A stretch of 10,254 bases of DNA from Candidatus Rifleibacteriota bacterium (GTDB lineage Bacteria; Muiribacteriota; Ozemobacteria; Ozemobacterales; Ozemobacteraceae): positions 1 to 10,254 of the forward strand of contig JBNJGH010000113.1 in NCBI GenBank assembly GCA_051747585.1, in the 5' to 3' direction. Numbering within the stretch: the first letter of the stretch is position 1; the number at the start of each line of letters is the position of its first letter. The notes beneath the pieces were generated by a model. That model was not told the DNA's origin. It saw nothing but the letters and a program-made list of their open reading frames with translations, and did no database searches. Of this stretch, positions 7,001-10,254 are shown piece by piece. The position numbers were made by a program, and so were the translations under genes.

Positions 7001-9960
7001 ATAGTTCGAGTTTCCGTCTGACGAGTTCTTGTTTTAAATGATTCTTCAGGCAGGCCTTTAAAAGAAAAAACTTCGAATCCTTCAAACTGATGCTCAGTTA
7101 ATTCCGCTTCTTTCAGCCTTTGTGCTTCATCTTTTATCTTCTTTTCGAATACTATTGGTACAGCTTCAACCTGTTTGGTAAATGCCTCAAACTTTTCTGC
7201 TCTTTTAAAGGGAGTGCCGAGCATTGCATATTCGAGCCTGGTATCTATACTACCGGTTTCTCCACATACAATTTCACCTGAAGCAAGACCTACGCCAATT
7301 CGATAGGTGAATAATCCATTTTGCTGTCTTTCGTTGTTAATTTTTTCAAGCTTTTTAAGCATTTCGACAGCTGCAGACAAGGAACGGTCAACAGAAGAAT
7401 CGGGCAACTGTGGATCTTCGACAAACACAGCTTCTATTGCATCTCCAATAAACTTATAAATTTTGCCACCGTATTTTGATATTATTTTGCTCATTTCGGT
7501 AAAGTGGATATTGAGCATAAAAGTTAAAATTTCCGGTGGGTAATTTTCGCCCATAGTTGTAAAGTCACGAATATCAGAAATCAAAACCACGGCTTTTGTA
7601 GTTTTTTCTTTCAGCGTGGCGTCTTCAACAGACATTGCTTCTATTGCATGTTCAGACAAAATAGAAGCGAGCCTTTTTCGCTCTGCAAGACCGGAAATCA
7701 TAGATTTGAACTCCCGGTTCAGGGTTCCTATTTCGTCTGAACGTGATATATGCTGGTTAAAAGAAAAATCGTCTTGTTTTACCCGGTCAAGAGCTGCTTT
7801 AATTGTCTTCACCGGCTGGGCAATTCTGTAATAAGTTATTATGCCGATGATTATTACTAAAAACAAAGCAGTCGCAGCTATCAGGAGAAAAATTGCAATT
7901 CGCCAATAGTGCTTTATTTTGTTGTCATAATGAGAAATACCCGCTACCAGAATGGTCTGGTTAAATTTAGGTGATGCATAGGCAACCAGCGACATATTAT
8001 TGCTAATTGTCTTAATCTGTTCAGCTTTCGAGTTGAAAGCTGAATCGGCGAGTTTGCGAAAAACAGATATTTTATTTTGATCAAAACTTCGGTCTGGTCT
8101 GAAGGCGAGTTTTCTACCCTCTGGTGTGTATTTAAAACCGACAACTTCGATTTCGGGTTGATTTAAAGCCATATAATGAGCACTTCGGGCCAGTATTTCC
8201 TGTTCAAAGTCTGACTCTAGCCAGCAAAGAAACAATGCATAGTGTCTGGTTTCATTTACATGAAGAAAATTGTAGAAAGTAGATATTCTGTTGAAGCCGA
8301 ATTTTGTTTTAAACACTCTGCCTCGAAATTTGTCGAGTTCTTTATGTGTGGGGCTGGACTTGCGTCCGTAAGCCTGATTAGCAATTACATTTTCGTAGTC
8401 GGCATCATATTCAGGAAGTTTAATTCGCGGATTTGCAGACCTGGTATCCTCTCTAAGATTCAATACCGCGTTATGTCCATAAAATCCTATAAAGGGATTG
8501 AAGTCATTTTGTGAATAACCGGGATTTACATGAACAATTTTTTTGCCTTCCAGATCTAGAAAAGCCATACCGACAAGGGGCAATTTTTTATCTTCTTTTT
8601 TAAATTTGTTTTGAATTTCTTTAAACAGCAGCTTGGGTTTTTTTAGTTGATGTTTTTTTAAGATGCTTTTAATTTCAGGACTGTCAAAGCATTGGTTCGT
8701 CGAAGTTTTATAATCATTTTCTATCTGCTCTTTTCCCGCGTCAAAATCGAGCAGGGCGGCAGAAATTTTGTCATGCAGAGCTTTTTCGTCTGCTTTTTGT
8801 CGGTCGTAGACATAAAAGATTGTGGTTATAAAATACAAAATCAGCGGAAGTATTGCAGCGAGTGAAAAAACTAGAAAAAATCTGGATTTTATACTGTTTC
8901 CGGGCCATATATTTAAAATTAAACCTCGGCATAAAAGTAAAACAAGCAAGGCAATTGCGGCAAGATTAGCAGCAAATTTTATTGCCCTGGTTTGTTTGAA
9001 TTTTTCAACCGGTAACAAAATAAAGAGCAAATGTTTTTCGTGAGGTATAATTCTGGTAAAAAGCTTGTAGCTTCCTGTCCTTTTGTTCCAGTCAAACCCC
9101 TTGTAATGCCAATTCGTTATGGTTTCTTCATTACACAGGCCAATTTGCCTGCGCCATTGCTTAAAGGGGGCAAAGCTTTTTAGCTGATCAGGAAAAAGGA
9201 TGTCAGGCTGTGCTGATTCATAGAGGCGAACAAAGCCACCTGGTAATTTCCGGCCCAGACCTGTGAGTTTGGCAGCCAGCTTAAATGATGCAAGTTTAAG
9301 ATTCTGATTGCGTGAAACTATAATGAAGAAACCAAAATATTGGTTGTTAATTGAACTGTCACAATCCCATATCAGCCAGGAGGGCTCTTGTTTGTAAATA
9401 ATCGGGGTAACTATCGATTTATGCTTGCGGGCAAGAATCTGGCCCTCTGTGCCGCTGCCAAATAGATTTTTTAGAAGCTTTTCGTTTCTTTTCTGGTATT
9501 TTATCTGAGAATTTTTTTTGTTTTTATTTAATTTCAGAAGATAAGAAAAGATCATCTCCATCGGCCGTCGACCAGAGAGACGATCAGCGTTGTTAAATAT
9601 ATTTTTGCTGCGCTTTTTTTGCGGATTATAAGAGAAAAGCCAGAGTTCATGCTTCGGAAAAGGCTTTTTAAAACAATTTTCGCTTATTTGGGGCCAATTC
9701 AGCTTGTTTAATTTGCTATCGCTCAGGTTGTTGTAGAAAGATTTGAGCTTTGCAAGGTAATTATCGGAATAGCGTAAAAGATGCTGTGAAAAATCTGTGT
9801 AAGATTCTATTTCTCCAAGTTTTGTTCTGGCTTTTTGTTGCTGTTGTATTTCCTGCCAGTAGGAAAATACCGAAAGAACTCTTTCGAAGCCCGTATTAAT
9901 AATTATTACGGGCAAAAAAAAGAGTAAAACGAAAAATATATGGCTCAATCTGTTTTTCAT
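4006..9960 (-). CDS. Giant multi-pass membrane class III (IIIb-type) adenylate cyclase with two HAMP + cyclase modules (pseudoheterodimeric)
   Basis: 1984-aa ORF with eight hydrophobic segments (about aa 7-24, 329-350, 361-385, 688-711, 1015-1033, 1344-1360, 1380-1395, 1703-1723) and two HAMPs (SRSDEIGTLNREFKSM; SRNDELGELLKSFNEMARGL). Cyclase domain 1 has ISDIRDFT, YKFIGDA and RIGVGLASG. Cyclase domain 2 has DKLMGE, IGIHTGEVLAG, DFTVIGDTVNTAAR and VELKGK. Confidence 0.92.
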   Translation of the reverse strand: MKNRLSHIFFVLLFFLPVIIINTGFERVLSVFSYWQEIQQQQKARTKLGEIESYTDFSQHLLRYSDNYLAKLKSFYNNLSDSKLNKLNWPQISENCFKKPFPKHELWLFSYNPQKKRSKNIFNNADRLSGRRPMEMIFSYLLKLNKNKKNSQIKYQKRNEKLLKNLFGSGTEGQILARKHKSIVTPIIYKQEPSWLIWDCDSSINNQYFGFFIIVSRNQNLKLASFKLAAKLTGLGRKLPGGFVRLYESAQPDILFPDQLKSFAPFKQWRRQIGLCNEETITNWHYKGFDWNKRTGSYKLFTRIIPHEKHLLFILLPVEKFKQTRAIKFAANLAAIALLVLLLCRGLILNIWPGNSIKSRFFLVFSLAAILPLILYFITTIFYVYDRQKADEKALHDKISAALLDFDAGKEQIENDYKTSTNQCFDSPEIKSILKKHQLKKPKLLFKEIQNKFKKEDKKLPLVGMAFLDLEGKKIVHVNPGYSQNDFNPFIGFYGHNAVLNLREDTRSANPRIKLPEYDADYENVIANQAYGRKSSPTHKELDKFRGRVFKTKFGFNRISTFYNFLHVNETRHYALFLCWLESDFEQEILARSAHYMALNQPEIEVVGFKYTPEGRKLAFRPDRSFDQNKISVFRKLADSAFNSKAEQIKTISNNMSLVAYASPKFNQTILVAGISHYDNKIKHYWRIAIFLLIAATALFLVIIIGIITYYRIAQPVKTIKAALDRVKQDDFSFNQHISRSDEIGTLNREFKSMISGLAERKRLASILSEHAIEAMSVEDATLKEKTTKAVVLISDIRDFTTMGENYPPEILTFMLNIHFTEMSKIISKYGGKIYKFIGDAIEAVFVEDPQLPDSSVDRSLSAAVEMLKKLEKINNERQQNGLFTYRIGVGLASGEIVCGETGSIDTRLEYAMLGTPFKRAEKFEAFTKQVEAVPIVFEKKIKDEAQRLKEAELTEHQFEGFEVFSFKGLPEESFKTRTRQTETRTMVYPEAKRQKNKDNSKFYKKSFIPKIKTAVFIVGVLSLLIPFLTWFYSCNMRVEKDNDSKQQEILATINNNMIKFQALSQRALIEEFLQQQADAIADRLKYDQKGVSKADLKKSTDQMIEVLEQAGVKPSRLVLLHKPGGTDQLAPDKGWQIVLNKGKKEEFFYRELLVKLTARLIGKPYDSVIDFDEKLSKLIGVHRDAEFLYNDLHARATRVSINNISEYLYWQPILIRNPNLSLKHVKDDELAQVLKNQDYKDVLFTAGAILLTIKNEYVEKNLLKIIKEIIKHDRLEFAIIDEENKIEKSSGFPLNYNDSILGKPEIISNDWLIIRQNQKINGKSFKIYAAHKLTPKQLNYFNAVIIPAIIYLFLCLVWYRSVYYQEYISSSFAWQLRSGLLAAAIVPITTVYLVNEWNAIDRKKINVEQKRIELINYFEQLERRQFFYETRNWEEIDKLCSAPSLTKILKQTDKIATKENINKVETEIRRLAKGNVLFNEAIVFSNHCWQRMFSSSDVGRETTDFKRFVQSFISNYFSDLGTKTITNEEKKLAQAAKNEMINDSGLKIFRNLFGSDAYFALTNGLDIPIKIFAHTGIALIRIIPTPELTKPLKLFYWMVLDRRNGSLRKIFKNDCGPFAVFTESRVIYGEQKQPREGAYVSDLVRLSRWAVTNKIPISMRTNICNESFIAEARLGSFNQVMVLVGLIPEDRIINQVEANRRFLLLVLIISVLAIIFIAILLGNDFISPVRHLTNGAHNIRLQNYRVRLPVSRNDELGELLKSFNEMARGLQEKEIMGKMVSNSARKVTDNEDSLQKAEKGMKLNIAALYIAVPHFATFIETMDSKELIEDLKFQIEHICKIIIDNNGDVDKLMGEKVLAVFYNGDNIARSLEDALNASQALRNSERSGNLKFPLTIGIHTGEVLAGLLGAGSNRDFTVIGDTVNTAARICMKGSNLPRERILISASAVEHLKEKNYELRSFGEVELKGKAASLKLYQIFFTTG

Positions 9961-9982
9961 TGCTTGACTGAACCAAGGTAAT

Positions 9983-10000
9983 CCTGAATTCTAACTCAGG
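9983..10000 (-). other. Short hairpin in the 48-nt spacer between the two cyclase genes
   Basis: Minus-strand RNA CCUGAGU-UAGA-AUUCAGG forms a 7-bp stem with one G-U pair and a 4-nt loop. No U-tract follows. Confidence 0.3.
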
Positions 10001-10008
10001 TCAATCGG

Positions 10009-10254
10009 CTAATTATTATCAAGTTGAAAAACTTTTAGTTTTTCAGACTTGCCTTTAAGCTCGACCTCTCCATGTTCGCGAGCATTGACGTCATTTTTTA
10101 CCAGAGCAAAAACATCTTCGGAGAGTAGAACCCGCTGAAATCTCATAGTTTCGGCAAGGCCTTCAATTCTGGCTGCAACATTTACAACATCACCAATAAT
10201 AGTGAAGTCTTTTTTATTTCCAACTCCCAGGACGCCGGCGATTACATAACCTTT
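10009..10254 (-). CDS. 3' end of a second class III adenylate cyclase gene (partial, truncated by the window edge; absent from the ORF track)
   Basis: Manual translation of the minus strand from 10254 gives KGYVIAGVLGVGNKKDFTIIGDVVNVAARIEGLAETMRFQRVLLSEDVFALVKNDVNAREHGEVELKGKSEKLKVFQLDNN* (TAG at 10009-10011). It contains the class III motifs FTIIGDVVNVAAR and VELKGK. Confidence 0.92.
   Translation of the reverse strand, partial: KGYVIAGVLGVGNKKDFTIIGDVVNVAARIEGLAETMRFQRVLLSEDVFALVKNDVNAREHGEVELKGKSEKLKVFQLDNN

Noticed and set aside
276..9043. Short ORFs in the track (276-515, 3274-3489, 3381-3620, 4547-4729, 5337-5534, 7616-7831, 7944-8144, 8242-8514, 8822-9043)
   Set aside because: All lie wholly within long, motif-supported genes (antisense or alternate frame), are 60-90 aa and show no recognisable motifs. 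They are best explained as shadow ORFs.
9914..9921. A8 tract near the 5' end of the cyclase gene (also T8 runs at about 659-666, 1065-1072 and 9512-9519) as phase-variation sites
   Set aside because: Runs of 7-8 A/T are common throughout this AT-rich, Lys/Phe-rich sequence and all reading frames are intact.
4006..9960. The giant ORF as a decaying pseudogene or an assembly/read-through fusion of two cyclase genes
   Set aside because: The frame is uninterrupted for 1984 codons and the catalytic losses are reciprocal between the domains, which indicates selection on a fused unit rather than decay.
4006..10254. Anti-phage cyclase system (Pycsar/CBASS-like)
   Set aside because: The cyclases are HAMP-linked receptor types with ATP-specifying Lys/Thr, and no cNMP-binding TIR or TM effector is present in the window.

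Overview
An AT-rich bacterial window (roughly 40% GC by eye) carrying five co-oriented minus-strand genes that form a cyclic-nucleotide signalling cluster. In transcription order they are: (1) the 3' end of a class III adenylate cyclase gene that the ORF track missed (10009..>10254); (2) a 1984-aa membrane protein built from two tandem [TM-sensor-TM-TM-sensor-TM-HAMP-cyclase] modules; (3) a secreted ankyrin-repeat protein; (4) a membrane Cache-like/HAMP/GAF/GGDEF protein with a degenerate active site but an intact RxxD I-site; and (5) a TAXI-type solute-binding protein translationally coupled to gene 4 by an ATGA overlap. The most notable observation concerns the giant protein. Its two cyclase domains have lost complementary catalytic residues, which matches the C1/C2 pseudoheterodimer logic and the membrane-C1-membrane-C2 layout of mammalian membrane adenylyl cyclases, here built from bacterial sensor and HAMP parts. 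No RNA genes, mobile elements or CRISPR arrays were seen. Domain calls come from motif recognition by eye; no searches were run.
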